Source of the DNA: an uncultured Gemmatimonadales bacterium
GTDB taxonomy: Bacteria > Gemmatimonadota > Gemmatimonadetes > Gemmatimonadales > GWC2-71-9
Direction: 5' to 3'
DNA: 64,000 nt
Assembly (NCBI GenBank): GCA_963748815.1
Contig: CAVVKJ010000005.1
Span: 1 to 64,000 of the forward strand
In this document: in pieces, positions 29,438 through 38,856 of the stretch
Layout of the letters: each line of letters opens with the position of its first letter
How positions within the stretch are numbered: the first letter of the stretch is position 1
Position numbers and translations under genes: made by a program
Notes under the pieces: generated by a model
The model's database searches: none
Seen by the model: only the letters and a program-made list of their open reading frames with translations
Told to the model about the DNA's origin: nothing

Positions 29438-30700
29438 GTGTCCGCCACATCGGCTTCCCCGCTTCCCCGCGTCCCCGCCAAGGGCCTCGACGTCGCCTCC
29501 ATCCGCGCCGATTTTCCCATTCTCGGCACACGGGTCAACGGGAAGCCGCTGGTGTATCTCGACAACGCGGCAACGGCCCAGCGGCCGCTCGCGGTGATCG
29601 ACGCGGTGCGGCGGTCGATGGCGGAGGAGAACGCCAACATCCACCGCGGGGTGCACTACCTGAGCGAGCGGGCCACGCTGGAGTACGACGCGGTGCGGGA
29701 GGACGCGCGGGCGTTCCTCAACGCCCCCGCCAGCCACGAAGTGATTTTCGTGCGTGGCACGACCGAGGGGATCAACCTGGTGGCGCAGAGCTATGGCCGG
29801 AGTACCCTCCAGCCCGGCGACGAAATCCTCCTCACCACCATGGAACACCACAGCAATATCGTCCCCTGGCAGATCGTGGCCGGGCAGACCGGTGCGGTGG
29901 TCCGCCCCATCCCGATCACCGACGCCGGCGAAGTCGACCTCGACGCCTATCGGAAGCTGCTGAGCCCGCGCACCCGCATCGTCGGCGTCGTGCACATCTC
30001 CAACGCCCTGGGAACCATCAATCCGGTGGCGGAGATGACCCGCCTGGCGCACGAGGTCGGCGCGGTGGTGGTGGTCGACGGCGCGCAGGCTGCCCCGCAC
30101 ACGCCGGTGGATGTGCAGGCGCTGGGCTGTGACTTCTATGCCTGTTCCGGCCACAAGATGTTCGGGCCCACCGGCGTCGGGCTCCTCTGGGGCCGCTCCG
30201 TGCTCCTCGAGTCGATGCCCCCCTGGCAGGGGGGCGGCGACATGATCCACACCGTGAGCTTTGCGGGGACGACCTTCGCGCCGCTGCCGGCCAAGTTCGA
30301 GGCGGGCACGCCGGCCATTGCCGAGGTGATCGGTCTGGGGGCCGCGATCCGCTATATCCGGAGCGTCGGTTTCGAGGCCATCGGGGCCTGGGAACACGAG
30401 CTCCTGACCCGTGCCACCGAAGCGGTGCGCGAGGTGCCGGGCATTCGGCTTGTCGGCACCGCACGCGAGAAGGCGGGCGTCCTCTCCTTCACGCTGGAGG
30501 GGGTGCACCCGCACGATCTCGGCACCATCCTCGACGCTGACGGGGTGGCCATCCGGGCGGGACACCATTGCGCCCAGCCGGTCATGGAGCGCTTCGGCGT
30601 GCACGCCACCGCGCGCGCCTCGTTTGCCTTCTACAACACGCTTGAAGAAATCGACGTGCTGGTGCGCGGGCTGCACCGGGCCCGGGAGGTCTTTGCGTGA
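29438..30700 (+). CDS. sufS: Cysteine desulfurase SufS
   Basis: LVYLDNAAT, NIHRGVH, MEHHSNIVPWQ, SGHKMFGPTG, RAGHHCAQP. Confidence 0.97.
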   Translation: MSATSASPLPRVPAKGLDVASIRADFPILGTRVNGKPLVYLDNAATAQRPLAVIDAVRRSMAEENANIHRGVHYLSERATLEYDAVREDARAFLNAPASHEVIFVRGTTEGINLVAQSYGRSTLQPGDEILLTTMEHHSNIVPWQIVAGQTGAVVRPIPITDAGEVDLDAYRKLLSPRTRIVGVVHISNALGTINPVAEMTRLAHEVGAVVVVDGAQAAPHTPVDVQALGCDFYACSGHKMFGPTGVGLLWGRSVLLESMPPWQGGGDMIHTVSFAGTTFAPLPAKFEAGTPAIAEVIGLGAAIRYIRSVGFEAIGAWEHELLTRATEAVREVPGIRLVGTAREKAGVLSFTLEGVHPHDLGTILDADGVAIRAGHHCAQPVMERFGVHATARASFAFYNTLEEIDVLVRGLHRAREVFA

Positions 30701-31152
30701 GTCGCGACCTGGACGACCTGTACCAGAGCGTCATCCTCGATCACAACAAGACGCCGAGGAACTTCCACGAACTGCCGCCGCCGGCGAGCCACGCCGATGG
30801 GCACAACCCGCTCTGCGGCGACCGTCTCACGGTCTGGGTCGACCTGGAGGGCGACACCGTCAGGGACGTGGCCTTCCTGGGCAACGGCTGCGCCATCTCC
30901 AAGGCCAGCGCCTCGATGATGACGGCCGCGGTCAAGGGAAAGTCCCGCGCCGAGGCGATGGCCCTCGCCGATGAGTTCCAGAAGCTGGTGACGGGGAAGC
31001 TGGAGGGCGCGGCAGAGCGGAAGGCACTCGGCAAGCTGCAGTCGCTGGCGGGCGTCGCCGAATATCCGGTGCGGGTCAAGTGCGCCAGCCTGGCGTGGCA
31101 CACGCTGAAGGCGGCCATCGCCGGCGCCGCGGAACCGATTTCGACCGAGTAA
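30697..31152 (+). CDS. sufU: SUF system NifU-family sulfur-transfer protein SufU
   Basis: NPLCGD, GCAISKAS, RVKCASLAW; lacks the IscU LPPVK motif. Confidence 0.95.
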   Translation: MSRDLDDLYQSVILDHNKTPRNFHELPPPASHADGHNPLCGDRLTVWVDLEGDTVRDVAFLGNGCAISKASASMMTAAVKGKSRAEAMALADEFQKLVTGKLEGAAERKALGKLQSLAGVAEYPVRVKCASLAWHTLKAAIAGAAEPISTE

Positions 31153-31203
31153 GTACCGGGACCCGAACGGTCCCGTTCAACCGAACCCTGGAGAAGCGCA
31201 CGC

Positions 31204-31638
31204 ATGCCGTATCCTGAATCCCTGGTGGCCCCGATGCGGGCCGAGATGACGGCGATGGGCGCCGCGGAACTGCGGACCGTGGCCGATGTCGACGCCGCCA
31301 TCGGCGCCACGACCGGAACCACCCTCGTGTTCGTGAACTCGGTCTGCGGCTGCGCCGCCGGCAACGCCCGGCCGGCCGTGAAGATGGCGCTCGGCCACGG
31401 CGCCCTGCCGGACCGGACCGTCACAGTCTTCGCCGGCCAGGACCTCGACGCGGTCGCGCGGGCCCGGAGCTATTTCGGGGAGTACCAGCCGAGCTCGCCG
31501 TCGATGGCGCTGCTCCGCGACGGCGAGGTGGTCCATTTCGTCCACCGCCACCAGATCGAGGGGCGGAGCCCGCAGGCCATCGCCGCCGACCTGACCAAGG
31601 CCTTCGACACCTACTGCAGCAACTCCGTCCGCGCGTGA
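31204..31638 (+). CDS. BrxA/BrxB (YphP/YqiW) family bacilliredoxin
   Basis: NSVCGCAAGNARP (CGC motif), TVFAGQD, PSSPSMALL, RHQIEG. Confidence 0.92.
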   Translation: MPYPESLVAPMRAEMTAMGAAELRTVADVDAAIGATTGTTLVFVNSVCGCAAGNARPAVKMALGHGALPDRTVTVFAGQDLDAVARARSYFGEYQPSSPSMALLRDGEVVHFVHRHQIEGRSPQAIAADLTKAFDTYCSNSVRA

Positions 31639-31916
31639 GCGGGCATGTCTTTCATCCCGGACACCACGACCTTCACGGCGTGACCGTGGTGCTGGAAACG
31701 GACCGGGAACTGTGGGTGGGGCGCTTCGATTCGGTCACCCCGAAAGGGGTGCTGCTCCACGATGCCGGATGCTACGAGGACGGGGTGACGGAGGGGACCC
31801 GCGAGGAGTACCTCCGGAAGACGCTCAAGTTCGGGGTGCGGGCGACCACGAAGAACAAGCTGATTCCGGAAACAGACGTTCGGGGGATGAGGCAGCTGGG
31901 GGGACCCGAGGGGTGA
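31635..31916 (+). CDS. Hypothetical protein with His-rich N-terminus; last gene of the suf operon
   Basis: GTGA overlap with the brx stop; MSGHVFHPGHHDLHGVTVVLETDRELWVGRFDS... Confidence 0.8.
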   Translation: MSGHVFHPGHHDLHGVTVVLETDRELWVGRFDSVTPKGVLLHDAGCYEDGVTEGTREEYLRKTLKFGVRATTKNKLIPETDVRGMRQLGGPEG

Positions 31917-31938
31917 CCGTAGGGGCGCGCCCCTACGG
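31917..31938. repeat. GTAG-type REP-like perfect palindrome
   Basis: CCGTAGGGGCGCGCCCCTACGG between convergent genes; contains the ferredoxin stop codon. Confidence 0.75.
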
Positions 31939-32148
31939 CCAGACCTGATCGCCGTGCTCGTCGATCAGCGTGATGGCGTCCACCGGGCAGGCCCGGGCGG
32001 CGTCGAGGACCATCTCATCTTCGGCGCCTTCGGGGTCGATGACAACGGAAATGTTGTCACTGTCCTGGGCGAAGACCTCCGGCGCGAGGCCCACGCAGTC
32101 CCCGTACCCGCTGCACAGGTTCCGGTCGATCTTGATCGTGTAGGGCAT
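31933..32148 (-). CDS. Single-cluster ferredoxin, probably 3Fe-4S
   Basis: CSGYGDC...APEVF...ACPVDAI (Tyr replaces the second Cys). Confidence 0.9.
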   Translation of the reverse strand: MPYTIKIDRNLCSGYGDCVGLAPEVFAQDSDNISVVIDPEGAEDEMVLDAARACPVDAITLIDEHGDQVWP

Positions 32149-32294
32149 AGGGCGAACATACAAAACCGACTTTTATCCTGCCAGAGGGGTCCGCCGCCCC
32201 CGCTCCCCGCCCTCGCGCTCTTGCCAACCCGCCCCCGCCCTCCTCTCTTTCGTCGTCCGTTCGCCCAGCCTGCCCCCCTCGTCCGGGCCCCGCG

Positions 32295-33251
32295 ATGCCA
32301 GAGATCGTCGTCTCGGTAGACCGCATCACGAAGCGATTCGCCGGTCATACCGCCGTGGACTCCCTGTCCCTGTCCGTGCCTGGGGGTGGCGTGTTCGGCC
32401 TCCTCGGCCCGAACGGCGCCGGGAAGTCGACCACCATTCGCATGATCATGCACATTCTCGAGCCGGACGAGGGGCGGGTGACGCTCTTCGGCGGGCCCGG
32501 AACCGGGCGCGAGCTCTCGGCCCGTATCGGATTCCTCCCTGAGGAGCGCGGGCTCTATCCGCGGATGGAGGTACTCGAGCACCTGGTCTTCCTCGGCGAG
32601 ACGAAGGGCCTCCGGCGACGGGATGCGCGCGAGCGCGCCACCCGATGGCTCGAGCGACTGGGGCTCGGCGACTGGACCAGGCGCAAGGTGCAGGAGCTTT
32701 CCAAGGGAATGCAGCAGAAGGTGCAGTTCATCGGGACGCTGCTGCACGACCCGGAGCTGGTCATTCTCGACGAGCCCTTCAGCGGACTGGATCCGGTCAA
32801 CCTGCAGGTGATGAAGGACGTGGTGGTGGAGATCGCCCGGTCGGGGCGGACCGTGCTCTTCTCCACGCACATCATGGAGCAGGCCGAGAAGATGTGCGAT
32901 CGAATCGCGATCATCGCCCGGGGCGAGAAGGTGGTGGACGGGCGGATCGCCGACATCAAGGCCGAAGGGGGGAAACGCCACGTGTACCTCTCCTTTGCGC
33001 ATGACGGTGCCAAGGCCGGCCCCATCCTGGCCGACCGGACGCTGGTGGCGCGAGCCGACGACTCCGGGGCCACGGCGGAAGCGGAACTCGCGGTTGGCGC
33101 CAACCCTGACCGGCTGCTGCGCGCCCTGATGGAGGCGGGGGTCGGGTTGAGCCGTTTCGAGGTGGCGGAGCCGTCGCTGCAGTCGATCTTCATCGCCAAG
33201 GTCGGACAACAGGCCGCCACCGCCCCGGCGCAGGAGAAGGCCCATGCGTAA
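32295..33251 (+). CDS. ABC-2 type transporter ATP-binding protein (NatA/YhaQ-like)
   Basis: GPNGAGKST, GFLPEERGLY, LSKGMQQKVQF, LDEPFSGLDP. Confidence 0.93.
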   Translation: MPEIVVSVDRITKRFAGHTAVDSLSLSVPGGGVFGLLGPNGAGKSTTIRMIMHILEPDEGRVTLFGGPGTGRELSARIGFLPEERGLYPRMEVLEHLVFLGETKGLRRRDARERATRWLERLGLGDWTRRKVQELSKGMQQKVQFIGTLLHDPELVILDEPFSGLDPVNLQVMKDVVVEIARSGRTVLFSTHIMEQAEKMCDRIAIIARGEKVVDGRIADIKAEGGKRHVYLSFAHDGAKAGPILADRTLVARADDSGATAEAELAVGANPDRLLRALMEAGVGLSRFEVAEPSLQSIFIAKVGQQAATAPAQEKAHA

Positions 33252-34558
33252 GCTCATCGCGGTCATTCGCCGGGAATTCATGGTCCGGGTGCACACCAGG
33301 GCGTTCGTGATCGGGACGGTCCTCGGCCCGGTCCTCATGGGCTTTCTGTTCGTTTTTCCGATGCTGCTTGAGTCGCGAGACCGGGCGCCGAAGCGGCTGG
33401 TCGTGCTCGATGCGGCGGACGGCGGGTTCGGGGGTCGCGTGACGGAGGCGCTCGCGAGCGCCCGCCGGGGCGTCGGCCCCGATGCGGCTCCGCGCTACCA
33501 GGTGATGCGCCTCGAGGCAGGCCCGGGAAACATCGCTCCCCTCGATTCCCTTATCCCGCTGACTGGCGCCAAGAATGCCGGCGGCGAGTCGCTGGTCGGG
33601 GTGGTGCTGGTCACTGACTCCGTGCTCGACGACCGGCCGGATGCACTACTACGGGAGCAATGTCGGCAGCCTCTCCGAGATGGGCGACCTCCAGCGCATT
33701 CTTCGGCAGGCGGTGGTCGGGGAACGACTCGGCCGGGCCGGAGTCGACCCGACGATCCTCATGGTGGCCACCGCACCGATTTCTCTGGAAACCTCCCGGG
33801 TGAGCAACGGGCAGATCAGCGGGGAGAGCGGAGAATCCTCGTTCATCCTTGCCTACGTGATGTCCTTCCTCCTCTACATGGCGCTGCTGCTCTACGGAAA
33901 CCAGGTGATGGGATCGGTGCTCGAGGAGAAGAGCAACCGGATCATGGAGGTGCTCGTCTCCAGCCTGAGTCCCTTCGAGTTGATGCTCGGCAAGGTGCTG
34001 GGCGTCGGGTCGGTGGCCCTGCTCCAGCTCGGCATCTGGACCGGCACCGCCAAGGTGCTGACCTCGCAGCGGGTCGCCATCGCCGGGCTCCTCGGCGCCG
34101 CGCCGTCCGACGCCATGAGCATGCCGATCCCGACGATCAGCGGCGGGCTGCTTGCGGTGTATCTCTCGTTCTTCGTGCTGGGATTCTTTCTCTATTCGGC
34201 GGCGTACGCTGCGGTAGCGGCCACGGTCAGCACCCAGCAGGAGGCGCAGCAGGCGGCCCTCCCGGTGACCATGTGTATCGTGGTCGGGCTCATCATGATG
34301 TTCGGGCTCCTCGATGAGCCGAACGGCACGCTCGCGAGGACGATGAGCCTGATCCCCCTCTTCGCCCCGTTCGTGACGCCGGTGCGGTATTCGCTCAGCC
34401 CACTTCCCCTCATGGAGGTGCTGGCCTCAGCCGGGCTCACTGCGCTCGGCGTTCTGGCCGTGGCCTGGGTGGCGGGCCGGATCTATCGGGTGGGGATTCT
34501 GATGTACGGCAAGCGGGCGTCGGTCATGGAGATCCTCCGCTGGGTGCGGACCGGGTAG
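33244..34558 (+). CDS. ABC-2 type transporter permease (NatB/YhaP-like); apparent +1 frameshift near 33628
   Basis: N-terminal half in ORF 33244, C-terminal half (EEKSNRIMEVLVSS...GKVLG, IYRVGILMYGK) in ORF 33575. Confidence 0.88.
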
Positions 34559-34631
34559 AACGGCGGGGCCGCGGGGCTGCGGGGCAGGAGGGGTCGGGCT
34601 CGGGCACCGGATCGCTTCATCGCGACCTCGG

Positions 34632-34870
34632 TTGGGCGGACCCCAGGGGTGGGCGCCCGCATGATTCCATAGGATTCCGATGTCATTTGGGCGGATCCCC
34701 GGGGTGGGCTCACGCCCACCCCGGGAACGGCGAAAGCGCGACGCCGTTTCATTGGCGACGCGACGGATTTTATCCTCGGCTTCCAGCGTAACTGTCTGAC
34801 ACTTTCGATCCCTCTTCGGGCACATATTTGCGGTTTTCGCATTATCAGGGGCGGGCATATGCCCGCCCCT
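34632..34870. repeat. Cluster of REP-like palindromes
   Basis: Direct repeat TTGGGCGGA..CCC.GGGGTGGGC at 34632 and 34687; hairpin CCCGGGGTGGGC-TCAC-GCCCACCCCGGG at 34698-34725; perfect palindrome AGGGGCGGGCATATGCCCGCCCCT at 34847-34870. Confidence 0.75.
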
Positions 34871-34955
34871 GTATGGGCCCGCCCCCGAGGCCGCCTGTCT
34901 GCCGCCCTGCCCCGCTGCCTCCCTGCCCACCAGCCTCCCTGTCTATCTTCACTTC

Positions 34956-36806
34956 ATGCACTATGACGTAATCGTCATCGGCGGCGGCCACGCCGGGGCC
35001 GAAGCGGCCGCGCTCGCTTCGCGCGCCGGTGCGCGCACCCTCTTGCTCACCCAAAACCTCGAGACCATCGGGCAGATGTCGTGCAACCCCGCCATCGGCG
35101 GGATTGCCAAGGGGACGGTGGTGCGGGAGGTCGATGCGCTCGGCGGGGTGATGGGGCGTGCGACCGATCTCGCGCGCATCCAGTTCCGCATGCTCAACCG
35201 CTCGAAGGGCCCCGCCGTCTGGTCGCCTCGCGCCCAGTGCGACCGGGCCTTGTACCGCCGCGCTGTGCGACAACTGCTCGAAGCCCAGCCCAACCTCCGA
35301 TTCGCGCAGGGGACCGCCGCTTCGTTCGTGATCCGAAGCGGTCGCGTGAGTGGCGTGGTGACCAGGGAGGGACTCACCTTCGAGGCGCGCGCCGTTGTGC
35401 TGACCACCGGTACCTTCCTTCGGGGCGCCATCCACCTGGGCCTCGATCCGCTGGTGCCCGCCGGACGCGCCGGCGAATCTCCGGCAATAGAAATCTCACA
35501 AGCTATTGCAGAGCAAGGGATTACAAGAGAACGATTCAAGACTGGGACCCCGCCAAGAATCGATGGACGGACCGTCGATTTCTCCCGTCTCACCCGCCAG
35601 GACGGCGACCGCGGGTCCTACTGGTTCAGCCAGTACGAGCGGGGCGCCCACCCGGAGCAATTGCCCTGCTGGCTGACGTGGGCAGGCGCCGAGGTGAAGG
35701 AGATCATCCAGCGCCACATTCGGGAATCGGCGCTCTACGGCGGCGCGATCAGCGGTCGGGGTCCGCGCTATTGCCCATCGGTGGAAGACAAAGTTGTCCG
35801 GTTCCCGGAGGCCGCCCGGCACCAGGTGTTTCTCGAGCCCGAGGGGCTGGGGACCGCCGAAATCTACGTGAACGGCCTCTCGACCTCGCTCCCGGCCACT
35901 GTTCAGCTCGCTTTTCTACGGGCGGTGCCCGGCCTCGAAACGGTCGAGATGACCCGGCCGGGGTACGCCATCGAGTATGACTACTTCCCCCCGACGCAAC
36001 TTCATCCGACACTCGAGTCCCGCGCCCTTCCCGGGCTGTTCTTTGCCGGGCAGGTGAATGGCACCACCGGCTACGAGGAGGCGGCTGGGCAGGGCGCGCT
36101 CGCGGGACTGAACGCGGCACTCCAGGTGCAGGACCGGGAGCCGGTCGTGCTGGGCCGGGACGAGGCGATGGCGGGAGTCCTGGTGGACGATCTGGTCCAC
36201 CGCGGAGTCGACGAGCCGTACCGCCTCTTCACCAGCCGCGCGGAGTTCCGGATCCTGCTCCGGCAGGACAATGCGCTCCGACGGCTTTATCCGCTCGCCC
36301 GGAGGTTGGGGCTCCTGAACGAAGGGGAGATTCGGATTGCCGAGGCGCGGCTGGAGGGGGAGGCAGATGCGTCGCGACAGGCCGTCGAAACGGCCATCTC
36401 CCCCGAGGCGGCGAACCCGATTCTGGCGGCGGCCGGGGAATCTCCAATCGGGGAGCCGGCTCGACTCAAGGAGCTCTGCCGCCGACCCGGTGTGGCGCTT
36501 TCCTCCCTCCTGGGCGCGATGGGAAGCGATACCGCCCCAGAACACGCCGAGTGGGCTGATATCGAGATCAAGTACGAGGGCTACCTGGTCAGGGAGCGGG
36601 ACGCCGCCGCGCGACTCGCGGAGCTGGACGATGTTCCCCTTCCGGCGGCCCTCGAGTACCACGCGATCAAGACGATTTCCTGGGAGGCACGCGAAAAACT
36701 CACTGCCGTCCAGCCAACCTCGATCGGCCAGGCGGGGAGGGTGCCCGGCGTTTCTCCCGCCGATCTCCAGAACCTCGCCTTCGCGGTGCTCCGGCAGCGG
36801 GTCTAG
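34956..36806 (+). CDS. mnmG: tRNA U34 5-carboxymethylaminomethyl modification enzyme MnmG (GidA)
   Basis: GGGHAGAEAA, MSCNPAIGG, RFKTGTPPR, GPRYCPSVEDK, AGQVNGTTGYEEAAGQG, EPYRLFTSRAE. Confidence 0.98.
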   Translation: MHYDVIVIGGGHAGAEAAALASRAGARTLLLTQNLETIGQMSCNPAIGGIAKGTVVREVDALGGVMGRATDLARIQFRMLNRSKGPAVWSPRAQCDRALYRRAVRQLLEAQPNLRFAQGTAASFVIRSGRVSGVVTREGLTFEARAVVLTTGTFLRGAIHLGLDPLVPAGRAGESPAIEISQAIAEQGITRERFKTGTPPRIDGRTVDFSRLTRQDGDRGSYWFSQYERGAHPEQLPCWLTWAGAEVKEIIQRHIRESALYGGAISGRGPRYCPSVEDKVVRFPEAARHQVFLEPEGLGTAEIYVNGLSTSLPATVQLAFLRAVPGLETVEMTRPGYAIEYDYFPPTQLHPTLESRALPGLFFAGQVNGTTGYEEAAGQGALAGLNAALQVQDREPVVLGRDEAMAGVLVDDLVHRGVDEPYRLFTSRAEFRILLRQDNALRRLYPLARRLGLLNEGEIRIAEARLEGEADASRQAVETAISPEAANPILAAAGESPIGEPARLKELCRRPGVALSSLLGAMGSDTAPEHAEWADIEIKYEGYLVRERDAAARLAELDDVPLPAALEYHAIKTISWEAREKLTAVQPTSIGQAGRVPGVSPADLQNLAFAVLRQRV

Positions 36807-36867
36807 CTACGATGGCTTGAGTTCACGCGAAGACGCGAAGCCGCGAAAGTCCCTCCACGATAGATAC

Positions 36868-36883
36868 CGTTTCACGTGGAACA
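36868..36883. promoter_or_regulatory. parS site 1
   Basis: CGTTTCACGTGGAACA matches the parS consensus TGTTTCACGTGAAACA. Confidence 0.9.
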
Positions 36884-36901
36884 GCCCCGACTCGGGCCAT
36901 C

Positions 36902-36917
36902 CGTTTCACGTGAAACA
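36902..36917. promoter_or_regulatory. parS site 2
   Basis: CGTTTCACGTGAAACA, 15/16 match to consensus, just upstream of parA. Confidence 0.92.
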
Positions 36918-37182
36918 CCCCAATTTCTTGGCCTGATTCCACCCTTCGACGCCTCCCGTCCTTGCCATCGTCTCCGTTGAAAATTGTAGTATTCTGTATT
37001 GTAACTTATTGTCTGTTAACATGTTGCATAACTATAAGCGCTTTGTCTCTTCGCGTCTTCGCGCCTTCGCGTGCCCCCTTGAGCCCGAACGCCAACCTTC
37101 CCAAGTCGCCTCCGCCCGCATAATCGTCTATATTCCTGTCCTCCCTGACCTTACCTCTTCGACCCAGGCGCGCACCCCGTCC

Positions 37183-37973
<791 letters not shown>

Positions 37974-37977
<4 letters not shown>

Positions 37978-38856
37978 GTGAAGCCCGTCGTCTCGGCCGC
38001 GGCCTCGAAGCGCTGCTCGGCCCGGTCTCCAAAGAGCAGGCGGAAAAGGAGGGGAACCTCCGCGAGCTCCCCGTCGCCGCCATCCGCCCGAACCCGTTCC
38101 AGCCACGCACGCGTGTGGACGAGGAGCCGCTGAAGGAGCTGGTGGCCAGCATCCAGGCATCGGGGCTGCTGCAGCCAGTGGTCGTGCGCCCGCAGGGATC
38201 GAGCTACGAGTTGATTGCCGGCGAACGACGCTGGCGCGCGGTGCAGCGCCTGGGGTGGACGCGCATCCCCGCCGTCATCAAGGAAGCGGACGACAAGACG
38301 CTGCTGACGCTGGCGCTCGATCGAGAACCTGCAGCGCGACGACCTCTCACCGATCGACGAGGCGCTCGGGTATCAGCGCCTGCAGGAACAGTTCGGCGTC
38401 GCCCAGGCGGAAGTGGCGCGGCTCGTCGGACGCGACCGGTCCACCGTGGCGAACCTGCTCCGCCTCCTGGCGCTGCCCGAGGCGGTGCGCGACCTCGTCG
38501 ACCACGGAGCGCTGTCCGCCGGACACGCCCGCGCCCTCCTGGGCCTGACCGATGCCAAGCTGATCGTGAAGCTCGGCCGACAGGCGGTGGCGGACGGCTG
38601 GTCGGTGCGTGAAATGGAGGCCCGGGTCCGGCAGGGGCCGGAGTCGGCGAAGCGCCCGCGAACCAGGCGCACCGCACCGGGGCCGGTCAGCGCCGAAGCG
38701 CAACGCGTCGAGGATGCGCTCCGCAAGCACCTCGGGACCGACGTGCGGGTGACGCAGCGTCGCAAGGGCCGGGGCATCGTGCAGTTGAACTACTACTCCA
38801 ACGACGATCTTGCCCGCCTGCTGGAACTCATCCTCGGCGCCCCCTTCGAGGGATGA
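37974..38856 (+). CDS. parB: Chromosome partitioning protein ParB/Spo0J; apparent +1 frameshift at about 38319
   Basis: LGRGLEALL, NPFQPR, LIAGERRWRA; deleting one G restores ALIENLQRDDLSPIDEA followed by the HTH RSTVANLLRLL and LSAGHARALL. Confidence 0.95.

Larger units (their letters stand above)
36824..37073. repeat. Inverted (CGCGAAGN)3 octamer arms bracketing the parS pair
   Basis: CACGCGAAGACGCGAAGCCGCGAAAG (36824-36849) and CTTCGCGTCTTCGCGCCTTCGCGTG (37049-37073). Confidence 0.85.

Noticed and set aside
36960..37040. AT-rich block as oriC unwinding element
   Set aside because: I found no TTATCCACA-type DnaA boxes nearby and dnaA is not in the window, so oriC cannot be supported.
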